In this document: positions 14,042 to 21,562 of the stretch, in pieces
Numbering within the stretch: the first letter of the stretch is position 1
Layout: each line of letters starts with the position of its first letter
Assembly (NCBI GenBank): GCA_947373115.1
Contig: CANBWJ010000128.1
Span: forward strand, 1-61,008
Source of the DNA: Opitutia bacterium
GTDB taxonomy: Bacteria; Verrucomicrobiota; Verrucomicrobiia; Opitutales; UBA953
DNA length: 61,008 nucleotides
Direction: 5' to 3'
The notes under the pieces: model-generated
What the model saw: the letters and a program-made list of their open reading frames with translations, nothing else
Databases searched by the model: none
Told to the model about the DNA's origin: nothing
Made by a program: the position numbers and the translations under genes

Positions 14042-14722
14042 ATGGCACTTGGTTTTTCATACGGTGGCTCCGGCGGCGGGGCTGACTTCCTTCCCATCGT
14101 GAAGTTCGACGCCCGCGCGGGTCGCTTCTTCCGTGTGGACCGTGAGGACGGCGTATCTACGCCTCACGACATCACCCGCAACTTCAAGGCGGTCTTTGAC
14201 TTCGAAAACCTTGAGGTTGGCTGGATCTCCTTCAATGCCGGTTCGGCGCCCGACTTCCAGATGGTTCCCTTCGGGACTGATCGCGGCCCCAAGCCCTCCG
14301 AAAACCACAAGGGCGGCATCCGCATGTCGGTGAAGCTGTCTGGCGAGTGCGGCGGTGACTGCCGCGAGCTTGCTGGCACCTCTGGCGCCATGATGAAGGG
14401 TATCGACCTCCTGCACGACGAATACCTTGCAGGCGCCGCAGCCAACCCCGGCAAGCTGCCTGTCGTCGTTCTTGAGGACACCATCCCCATCGAAAGCGGT
14501 TCGGGGGCGAAGAAGTCCACGAACTATCAGCCCGTGTTTCAGATCATTGGCTGGGTTAAGCGCCCCAGCGGCCTGAACGAAACGGCGGCTGCTCCGCAGG
14601 CTGACAAGTTCATCCAGCCTTCGATGAACGCACCCAAGTCTCCGCCCTCGACCGGCTCGACGCGCGCTGCGCCTCCTGCCCCGAAGGCGGCGGCTCCCGC
14701 CGACGACGAGGACTTCGGTTAA
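14042..14722 (+). CDS. Putative ssDNA-binding/annealing protein with acidic C-terminal tail
   Basis: Inner ATG after AGGAGAagtaaa. Ends ...AAAPADDEDFG, which resembles the acidic aromatic tail of T7 gp2.5/SSB. Lies next to the nuclease. Confidence 0.4.
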   Translation: MALGFSYGGSGGGADFLPIVKFDARAGRFFRVDREDGVSTPHDITRNFKAVFDFENLEVGWISFNAGSAPDFQMVPFGTDRGPKPSENHKGGIRMSVKLSGECGGDCRELAGTSGAMMKGIDLLHDEYLAGAAANPGKLPVVVLEDTIPIESGSGAKKSTNYQPVFQIIGWVKRPSGLNETAAAPQADKFIQPSMNAPKSPPSTGSTRAAPPAPKAAAPADDEDFG

Positions 14723-14772
14723 TAACACCGGGGCGGGCTCACGCTCGCCCCACCACCAACTGGAGAGTGACA

Positions 14773-15087
14773 TTGAAGTTTTTGCTCACGATGAACATGC
14801 CCGCGCATCGCGGTGGTCCCATTCACCAGATCACTTGTGAGCATCCCTCCAAGAGCCTCGCTGAGTTCTGCGAAGCTTTGGAAAAAAACGAGTTTGTCCT
14901 TGTTGAAGAGTTCTACCGCGACAGTGACGTGCAGGAGGGCGCAGACCCCTACTACTCGCGTGGCTTCACCGCCCTCAACTATCGCGTCATAGGCAAGGTG
15001 AAGGAACTGGACACGACATCCGCTGCCCAGAAGAACATTAAGTTTGGAGATAGATATGAACAGAGCCTTCGAAAGAGTAACCTTTGA
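14773..15087 (+). CDS. Hypothetical protein (~104 aa; start uncertain)
   Basis: Track ORF 14767..15087. TTG at 14773 follows TGGAGAgtgaca. Alternatives are GTG at 14767 and ATG at 14791. Confidence 0.5.
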   Translation: MKFLLTMNMPAHRGGPIHQITCEHPSKSLAEFCEALEKNEFVLVEEFYRDSDVQEGADPYYSRGFTALNYRVIGKVKELDTTSAAQKNIKFGDRYEQSLRKSNL

Positions 15088-16072
15088 CGGGGAAACCCGA
15101 CCGTCTGGGTACAAGGTAACGTGCTGCCGATGCCAAGGCGTTGACAACATCGGATGCGGGTCGCACTCCGGCAATCTTCCGCCCGAGATGATTGGCAAGA
15201 AGTTCAAGCAGCGCGGATGGCGGGTAGGCAAGCGCCTGAATTTGGATGTTTGCCCCGAGTGCATCACGAAAGAGAAGATCAACCGCAAGTCGATCAATCT
15301 TGGCGACTTGTCCGTGACCGACGTGAAGGCGCTCGGCCTTGGTCAGGCGCCGGTCACACCGCCCCCTCCCGACAACGAAAAGAGCCTCACAATCATTGAG
15401 GCAATCCGTTTCGGGTGGGCGAGCAAACCCACGATCTACAGGTACATCGCAGACGGCAGGCTTCCCTGCATAAAGGAGGACGGAAAAATGCTCCGTGTGA
15501 AAGAAATCGACTTAGAGCGCACCTTCAAAGACATGCGCAAACCAACCATGAAGGCCGAGCCAAGGCCGGTTCTTCATCTGAAAATAAATCGCCCGATAAG
15601 GGAACCCTCCCCCTCAGTTAACAATCCCCAGCCCATATTGAATGAAGGAGACGCCACAGTGAGCGTACAGCCCCAGCCCATCACCGCCATGACGAAGGAA
15701 GATCGCCGCATCATCTTCAGTGAGATTGACAGCCACTACCTCGACGAGATGCGCGGCTACGCAAAGGACTGGGATGACGAGAAGGTGGCCACCGGCCTGA
15801 AGGTCCCCACCGAGTGGGTCCGCTCCATCCGCGAAGACAACTTCGGCACCGAGAAGGGCGACCAGATTGGCGTCGAGATCGAGAAGCTCAAATCGGCCAG
15901 CGCCGAGGCCGAGGCCCTGATCAAGACCATGCGGGAGCTTTGGGACGCTATGGACAGGACCCTCATGGAGTACGAGACCAAGCAGGCCGCGCTCTCCGGG
16001 GAAGCCACCAAAATTCACGCCGCCCTCGCCGATGCGAAGGGCAAGATCGACATCTACACCAGCGGCAAGTAA
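15056..16072 (+). CDS. DNA-binding protein: N-terminal Cys4 zinc ribbon plus excisionase/MerR-type HTH
   Basis: Start after TTGGAGATAGATATG. CCRCQG...CPEC, then FGWASKPTIYRYIADGRLPCIKEDGKMLRV. Confidence 0.55.
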   Translation: MNRAFERVTFDGETRPSGYKVTCCRCQGVDNIGCGSHSGNLPPEMIGKKFKQRGWRVGKRLNLDVCPECITKEKINRKSINLGDLSVTDVKALGLGQAPVTPPPPDNEKSLTIIEAIRFGWASKPTIYRYIADGRLPCIKEDGKMLRVKEIDLERTFKDMRKPTMKAEPRPVLHLKINRPIREPSPSVNNPQPILNEGDATVSVQPQPITAMTKEDRRIIFSEIDSHYLDEMRGYAKDWDDEKVATGLKVPTEWVRSIREDNFGTEKGDQIGVEIEKLKSASAEAEALIKTMRELWDAMDRTLMEYETKQAALSGEATKIHAALADAKGKIDIYTSGK

Positions 16073-16083
16073 GGGAAACTCAA

Positions 16084-16431
16084 ATGAACCACACTGATAT
16101 TTTGACCCAATCCGTCCTCACCCTTCGCGACCGTGACTCCCAATATGGAAGCATGGAAGAGACGATGATCCGCACCTGCGAGATCTTTGAAATGATCACA
16201 GGCAGGGAAATGTCGCCCTATCACGCCAACATCTTCATGCACTCGCTGAAGCTGGCCCGCATCAGGACGTCGCCCGCGAAGCCGGACAACTACGTTGATG
16301 GCATCAACTACCTTGCTTTCGCCGGGGAGTTCGCAACTCGGGTTGATGCGGCTGACGCGGCCATCAACGACGAAATCCTCAATGCAGGCATGCGCGACCT
16401 TGTCGAGCAGCTCAGAGCGCAGGAGGGTTGA
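16084..16431 (+). CDS. Conserved phage protein (115 aa), function unknown
   Basis: Inner ATG of track ORF 15814..16431. RDRDSQYGS...FMHSLKLARI...DNYVDGINY resembles a widespread phage family that I recall as DUF6378-like (not verified). Confidence 0.5.
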   Translation: MNHTDILTQSVLTLRDRDSQYGSMEETMIRTCEIFEMITGREMSPYHANIFMHSLKLARIRTSPAKPDNYVDGINYLAFAGEFATRVDAADAAINDEILNAGMRDLVEQLRAQEG

Positions 16432-16710
16432 ATGGAAATGGAGTTGAACGACGCCCACTTGGGTATGCTCCTCGTCGCCATCAACGAGAAGCTCTCCAGC
16501 GCAGAAGACCCGCAGTTTGGCCGTTGCCTCGCCTCTGTCGCCAGCTTCGCCACGAAGTTGATTACGACGGTCGTCATTAGCGCGGCCAGCAACCGCGAGG
16601 ACGCCCTTGGCGGCGTTCGCAGCGCCGTCGCCGACTGCGAGCAGATGGTAAACAAGGCTTACGATGTGCTTGATGCTTTGAGGGCCGCGCACGAAGGAAA
16701 GGTTCATTGA
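16432..16710 (+). CDS. Hypothetical protein (92 aa)
   Basis: Track ORF. The ATG lies immediately after the upstream TGA (16429-16431). Confidence 0.55.
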   Translation: MEMELNDAHLGMLLVAINEKLSSAEDPQFGRCLASVASFATKLITTVVISAASNREDALGGVRSAVADCEQMVNKAYDVLDALRAAHEGKVH

Positions 16711-16910
16711 TGACGAACAAAAGCGACCTGACCCACGACGAGAAGCTCAGGGCGGCCTACGCCTACCTGATCAATGGCGTGGCCCAACATCACATCGCCG
16801 CCCTCTACGGCGTCAATCAGGGCCGCATCAGTGAGGCGGTGGCGCTCGTCGCCAAGGCCGTTGGCTACCCCGCCAAGAGCGAAAAGGACGAAGAGCCGAA
16901 GGTTCTGTAG
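16707..16910 (+). CDS. HTH DNA-binding protein (67 aa)
   Basis: ATGA overlap. HIAALYGVNQGRISEAV is a typical HTH. Confidence 0.5.
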   Translation: MMTNKSDLTHDEKLRAAYAYLINGVAQHHIAALYGVNQGRISEAVALVAKAVGYPAKSEKDEEPKVL

Positions 16911-17007
16911 TCCCAAAAAGGAACGACACATGACGCTCCGCATTAATGAATTGGCAATTCTTTTGCTCCAAGGTGAGGGGGTAGCCAACACTGATATGGA
17001 GATTGAC

Positions 17008-17241
17008 ATGAACACGATCCAAAACAAGCTTCGCCGCTTTGAGACCCTCGTTGACCCGATGTACCGCACCAAGCGAGAGTTCCTGATCAACCCGGACGGC
17101 CTTGAAGCGGCGAACTACATCGACAACTTCCACAAGCACATGGGGTACATCATCGCGATTGCGTTTGAGCATATCGAGGATGAGGCCATCCACGCGCGCA
17201 TCACGCGCCACGGTTACGCAGCACTTAAAGGAGTTAAATGA
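17008..17241 (+). CDS. Hypothetical protein (77 aa)
   Basis: Start after ATGGAGATTGACATG. Frame of track ORF 16774..17241. Confidence 0.55.
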   Translation: MNTIQNKLRRFETLVDPMYRTKREFLINPDGLEAANYIDNFHKHMGYIIAIAFEHIEDEAIHARITRHGYAALKGVK

Positions 17242-17318
17242 TGGATATGGAATTTAAGATGGTCGGCGCCCTGATGCTGCTTGTCATGGCCAACGTCATC
17301 ATCGGGTGGGGAGGGTGA
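17238..17318 (+). CDS. Hydrophobic micro-peptide (26 aa)
   Basis: Own translation MMDMEFKMVGALMLLVMANVIIGWGG. ATGA overlap with the upstream stop. Confidence 0.3.
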   Translation: MMDMEFKMVGALMLLVMANVIIGWGG

Positions 17319-17319
17319 G

Positions 17320-17439
17320 ATGATCATTGTCCTTGAGATCATGCTTTTGGGTTTGGCCTGCATGGTCTTGTCAGGCGTCATCCTCTTCGTCGCCCGTATG
17401 ATCGGGGTTATGTGGGAGCGGAAAAATGACAGACATTGA
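17320..17439 (+). CDS. Hydrophobic micro-peptide (39 aa, one TM)
   Basis: Own translation MIIVLEIMLLGLACMVLSGVILFVARMIGVMWERKNDRH. GAGGG RBS. Overlaps the next start at 17426. Confidence 0.3.
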   Translation: MIIVLEIMLLGLACMVLSGVILFVARMIGVMWERKNDRH

Positions 17440-17635
17440 GCTGGCGATTGGCGAGATCCGGCGCCTGCGCAAGTACCTCGGCGAGATCATCCTGATCGCC
17501 GACTTCACGACAGGCAAAATGCGCGACAAGATCGACCGGATGGCCGACTGCGCGCAGGAGGGCCTGTATGACTCCGAGCGGTGGAAGGGCGCCGAGCCCG
17601 AGTACCGTGCAGCAAGGGCGAAGCTCAATGGCTAA
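17426..17635 (+). CDS. Hypothetical protein (69 aa)
   Basis: Track ORF 17426..17635. Confidence 0.55.
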   Translation: MTDIELAIGEIRRLRKYLGEIILIADFTTGKMRDKIDRMADCAQEGLYDSERWKGAEPEYRAARAKLNG

Positions 17636-17927
17636 TCTCATCATGCCGCGCCGCAAGTTTCTCACCGGCTTGCTGGGGCTTGTTGCGGCTCCTGCGGTCG
17701 TGAAGGCAAGCAGCTTGATGCCGGTGAGGGTGATAGAGCCGAAGTGGTTCTTGGACGATGGCCTCCCGCTTCAAAGCATGGCCCACCCCGTTCGCAAGGG
17801 CAGCAGCATCCGTCTCAGCGAAATGCGCGAGCTTCTTAGGCCCGGACTAGAGAAGATGATTGACGAGATGTACGCAGAGCATCCCGGCCAGTGGAAGTCG
17901 ATATTTGCGGGAGAGGTAGATGGCTGA
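17628..17927 (+). CDS. Small protein with Tat-like signal peptide (paralogous N-terminus to 6100..6534)
   Basis: Inner ATG. MANLIMPRRKFLTGLLGLVAAPAVVKASSLMPVRVI... Confidence 0.55.
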   Translation: MANLIMPRRKFLTGLLGLVAAPAVVKASSLMPVRVIEPKWFLDDGLPLQSMAHPVRKGSSIRLSEMRELLRPGLEKMIDEMYAEHPGQWKSIFAGEVDG

Positions 17928-18168
17928 CCTTCAAGAGAAGTCCATTGAGCTGTGGCGGGAGGCGTATTTCAAGTTGCACAAAGAAATGCGGAAGCTTGAG
18001 GAAAGAAATCTCACCCGCATCGTTCTGCTTGAGCAGGCCCTCGATGATGCGCTTGGGGAGTGGGAATATAACGCCACAACCTACAAGAGCGAGCCGCTCG
18101 TCAAGAAACACGCCGACCTTGATCAGATCGCCCACTATCGCAAGTTGCTCGACGACAGGCTAAAGTAG
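17920..18168 (+). CDS. Hypothetical coiled-coil protein (82 aa)
   Basis: Track ORF 17920..18168, overlapping the upstream end. Confidence 0.55.
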   Translation: MADLQEKSIELWREAYFKLHKEMRKLEERNLTRIVLLEQALDDALGEWEYNATTYKSEPLVKKHADLDQIAHYRKLLDDRLK

Positions 18169-18227
18169 GCGTCCCGAAACCGCATGGCCGATGGAGAGAA
18201 TGGTCCTGCCCGCAACAGGAGTTGAGT

Positions 18228-18797
18228 ATGAAGAAGATCGCGCTGGCCCTTGTGGCTCTAAGTATGGCGTCACCCGCCGTTGCAGATGAAATGTCCGCAG
18301 CCGAGTTTTTTGCCAGAGATAAGGCCAATAAATGGACTGGCGAGTTGATCGCCCCATCAAATCCCTATGGGAAGCTCGTGAAGCTCTCCAAGGTAACCCC
18401 TGACAAGCAGAAGGTGATCGACGCGATCAAGCTTTACGTCGCCGACCAGATAGGTTCTAAATGGGTTGATACGGCCCTGCGGATCGCCAAATTAGAAAGC
18501 GGCTTCTCTTGCCGCGCCAAGGGGCCGAAGACGCGCCACGGCCACGCCAAGGGCGTCTTCCAGCTCATCGACAGTTCGGCCCGAACTTTGGGGTTCGACC
18601 CGACAAATATGTATGATTGCGAACAGAACATCCTTGCGGGGATAGCTCACATGAAGGCCTGCATAAATCAGGGCGGTGTGCGCGAACCTCGCGAGATGGC
18701 GGCCTGCCATGTTGCTGGCTGGTCAAACTGGAATGTGAAACTTGCTCGGCGCCCCGAGCGGTACAAACAGCGTTACGTCTCACTGGCAATTAACTGA
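18228..18797 (+). CDS. Secreted lytic transglycosylase (SLT domain) with Sec-type signal peptide
   Basis: AGGAGttgagtATG. MKKIALALVALSMASPAVA signal. LESGFSCRAKG...AKGVFQLIDSSARTLGF (E-S ... G-x-x-Q SLT signature). Confidence 0.7.
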   Translation: MKKIALALVALSMASPAVADEMSAAEFFARDKANKWTGELIAPSNPYGKLVKLSKVTPDKQKVIDAIKLYVADQIGSKWVDTALRIAKLESGFSCRAKGPKTRHGHAKGVFQLIDSSARTLGFDPTNMYDCEQNILAGIAHMKACINQGGVREPREMAACHVAGWSNWNVKLARRPERYKQRYVSLAIN

Positions 18798-18817
18798 CAA
18801 CTCAAATGGAGAATGAA

Positions 18818-19348
18818 ATGAGAACGCTTGAAGAACTACACGCGCACTATAAGGCTGTCCGGGCCCGGCTAGACAGCCCAGCCAAGAAGGAGCCCGCAGT
18901 CCGCCTCGTCTACCCCGAGCCGACAGCGGTCTACCCCGATCCTCTGGATTTCCCCGCTCCCCCGTTTGTCCCCGATGTCGTCGGGGAGGTCGGGGAGCCG
19001 ATTGTCGCCCCTACGGTGACCACCGAGACGCCTGCGCGCAAGATCCTCATGGAAGTGGCCGAGAAGCACAACATGCCCTTGGCGGCCTTTCGCAGCAAGA
19101 GCAGGACGATGCCCTTCGTCAACCTGCGCCATGAGGCCTGTTACCGCCTCAGCACGGAGCTTCACTTTTCGCTCAAGCAGATTGGGCGCCTGATGGGGAA
19201 CCGCGACCACACGACAGTGATGAACGCGATCAAACGGCATAAAAAAATCCTCGTCGAGGGTTACAAGCCCAAGACGAGGACCAAGTCGTGCGTTTCGAAC
19301 GCCTGCGTCACTAAGGTGGAAACACAGGCGCAGAATGATCATGGGTGA
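18818..19348 (+). CDS. DnaA domain IV-like (DnaA-box-binding HTH) protein lacking the AAA+ domain
   Basis: Start after ATGGAGAATGAAATG. ...ILMEVAEKHNMPLAAFRSKSRTMPFVNLRHEACYRLSTELHFSLKQIGRLMGNRDHTTVMNAIKRHKKIL matches the DnaA C-terminal domain (RDHTTV signature). Confidence 0.75.
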   Translation: MRTLEELHAHYKAVRARLDSPAKKEPAVRLVYPEPTAVYPDPLDFPAPPFVPDVVGEVGEPIVAPTVTTETPARKILMEVAEKHNMPLAAFRSKSRTMPFVNLRHEACYRLSTELHFSLKQIGRLMGNRDHTTVMNAIKRHKKILVEGYKPKTRTKSCVSNACVTKVETQAQNDHG

Positions 19349-19559
19349 TGTCGGCCTGTCACGCAAGGGCGCCCCTCCCCCTGACGGGGAGGGGCCACAA
19401 CAAATCGGCGTGACAATATTGGAGCTGCGGCTGTTCTCCTGCCGCTACATCGTCAAACAGGACGAGGAGGCGCTCTTCTGCGGCTCCGAAGTCCACCGGG
19501 TTTCGTATTGCGAGGCGCATTACCGCCTCTGCTACATCAAGACAAAACCGATCACTTGA
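19335..19559 (+). CDS. GcrA C-terminal-domain-like protein (74 aa)
   Basis: TILELRLFSCRYIVKQDEEALFCGSEVHRVSYCEAHYRLCY matches the conserved LLEL..C.WP.G...FCG...YC..H region of alphaproteobacterial GcrA. No GcrA N-terminal DNA-binding half. Confidence 0.6.
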   Translation: MIMGDVGLSRKGAPPPDGEGPQQIGVTILELRLFSCRYIVKQDEEALFCGSEVHRVSYCEAHYRLCYIKTKPIT

Positions 19560-20151
19560 TATTCATGAAGCTGCTCAAGCAGTAACGTCCGAAACCTTTC
19601 CACGGCTCGACGCCATCCCTCATCTTGACCTGCGTGACGCCGTGGCGAAGGCAAGACGGGAAGATGATGAGCATGTTATTTTCGACCGGGATCGTTGCGT
19701 CAAGGTCTGAAAAAACCAGATCCCCGCCCTCGAATTGTCGGGGCTGCCTGTAGTGCCAAGAGAGCGCGGTGACCGTCGCCGTGTCCGAGTGCGGCTTGTA
19801 GTGGTCCGTGGCCTCGTAATAGCTCAACAGGGTTGTGTCCGCGTTCACCGCGTTGATGCACTTGGTGAGCGGGTGCAGATCCGCAAAGGCCTTGAACACG
19901 GGCGCCGAAAAGATCTTCCGATTGACCTTCAGGATGTTCGACATCGAGCGGTCGGCGTAGATGTTGTCGAGGAAGACGCCCTTGTTCTTTTTCATCATCG
20001 GGTTGAGCTGGCCGGTAGCCTGCGGCGGCTGGAGCTTGTGCCTGTGCGTCAGGAACTCAAGCTCTTGCCAGATCAGGGCCTGCTCTTCGGGCGTGTAGAA
20101 GTCGCGCACAAGCAAGTAGTAGGGGTGCGCCGTTTCGAGGATCTGCATCAC
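19552..20151 (-). CDS. 2OG-Fe(II) oxygenase (prolyl-4-hydroxylase-like)
   Basis: YKPHSD (HxD) ... IFPSCLRHGV (distal His). Size and motif order fit the superfamily. Confidence 0.6.
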   Translation of the reverse strand: MMQILETAHPYYLLVRDFYTPEEQALIWQELEFLTHRHKLQPPQATGQLNPMMKKNKGVFLDNIYADRSMSNILKVNRKIFSAPVFKAFADLHPLTKCINAVNADTTLLSYYEATDHYKPHSDTATVTALSWHYRQPRQFEGGDLVFSDLDATIPVENNMLIIFPSCLRHGVTQVKMRDGVEPWKGFGRYCLSSFMNIK

Positions 20152-20660
20152 ACGATCTCCTTCAACTTGAAGGCGACGGTGACGCGCAGATCGGTGCAGA
20201 AGCGGGATGGATCGGCGCCGAAGTGATAGAGGGTGCTATTGAAGATGCAGGCGCAATTGCGTTTCGGATAGGCCGTGTGCGTCTGCCCGTCTTCAAAGAT
20301 AACGGTCTGGCCGCCCCAGCGGACATCCCACACGGGGTTCACATAGAAGACGAAGGTCTTGTAAAGCTCCGGCGTGTATGTGTCTTCTTCGACGTCCATG
20401 TGCGCATCGCCGGGCAGGCCGTGCGTCTGGCCATTGGCGTAGACGCGCTCGACCTCAAATTTCTTCCCGGTTATTTCTTCGATTTTGGGCAGGAACTTTT
20501 CATGGAAAAAGGGATCGTTGAAAAGATCCATGTACCAGAATTGAACTGGATTGGGGCTCAATTTACTGAAGCCGCTGAACTTCCATTCATTCCCATGAAG
20601 CGTTTTTTCGACAACATAGGCGTAGTCGTCCTCAGTGAGGACATCCTCAAACCACTGCAT
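20148..20660 (-). CDS. 2OG-Fe(II) oxygenase-like protein
   Basis: Inner ATG after GAGGGGG. GDAHMD (HxD) ... LYHFGADPS ... RVTVAFK. ATGA-coupled to the downstream oxygenase. Confidence 0.5.
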   Translation of the reverse strand: MQWFEDVLTEDDYAYVVEKTLHGNEWKFSGFSKLSPNPVQFWYMDLFNDPFFHEKFLPKIEEITGKKFEVERVYANGQTHGLPGDAHMDVEEDTYTPELYKTFVFYVNPVWDVRWGGQTVIFEDGQTHTAYPKRNCACIFNSTLYHFGADPSRFCTDLRVTVAFKLKEIV

Positions 20661-20674
20661 AATGACCCCCTCGG

Positions 20675-21562
20675 TCAGGTAGTTGAAGTCGTGCCTAGGA
20701 TTGTACCAGAGACGCCGCCGACAAACCAATTGGTTCCCGCAATGGAGCCGCCGCCCTGTCCGGGAGTTCCGCCGGAAGCGTACCCGTTGGAGCCGGTGTA
20801 TACGCCAATTTGGCCAAGACCGCCCCCGGGCCCTCCTGCCTGCGCGGCCTGTCCGCCGCCGCCGCCGCCATACCCGCCTTGCGTAAGCGTTCCTTGGCCG
20901 CCGGTCCCGTAACCGCCGGCGCCTGCCCCGGCGACATAGCCCGCCCCACCACCACCTCCTCCGCCCTGCAAAGGAACGCGCTGGTTCTGGGTGTCTTGGG
21001 CATACGCTCCGCCGCCGCCGCCACCGCCACCGCCACCGATTGTCCCGGTGTTTTGCATTTGGATAAAGGCTGAGGCTCCACCCTTGGCATAAAAAGCGGG
21101 GCCACCATTTTGGCCGGGGTAACCATTTGAATATGATGGTCCACCATAGCCGCCATCCCCACCATGCCCAACAATGTACCCCGTATTTTGAACGGCAAGA
21201 ATGTCGCCAGCGGAGAAATTAGCGGTCAACCCATAGGTTGAGATGCTTGACGATCCTATTGTCCCGGCATTCGTGGCAACGCCATACGTTTTTCCCGCCG
21301 CGTAATTTCCGGTGGCGGTGAAGGCCGTGACCAAATTGATATTGGAAACAGATTGCCCGGAGCCGTTCTGATAGACCCCGTAGGCGTGGCCCTGAAGCTG
21401 GCTGAGGGAAATAACCGTCCCCGAGGTTGTTTGGACACCAGTACCGCCCGCAGACGCAATGCGGCGCAACAGATCAGCGTCCATCGTCAAGGGCGCCGTC
21501 GCCTGAAGGCGCATCTCGGTGTTGAGATCTGAAAAGCTGATTGCGCCAGTGGGGAGTGTCAT
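20675..21562 (-). CDS. Glycine-rich fibre-like virion protein
   Basis: Track ORF. Runs such as [11 protein letters not shown] and [25 protein letters not shown]...GGYGGGGGGQ resemble the C-terminal part of the 1639-aa fibre. Confidence 0.5.
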   Translation of the reverse strand: MTLPTGAISFSDLNTEMRLQATAPLTMDADLLRRIASAGGTGVQTTSGTVISLSQLQGHAYGVYQNGSGQSVSNINLVTAFTATGNYAAGKTYGVATNAGTIGSSSISTYGLTANFSAGDILAVQNTGYIVGHGGDGGYGGPSYSNGYPGQNGGPAFYAKGGASAFIQMQNTGTIGGGGGGGGGGAYAQDTQNQRVPLQGGGGGGGAGYVAGAGAGGYGTGGQGTLTQGGYGGGGGGQAAQAGGPGGGLGQIGVYTGSNGYASGGTPGQGGGSIAGTNWFVGGVSGTILGTTSTT

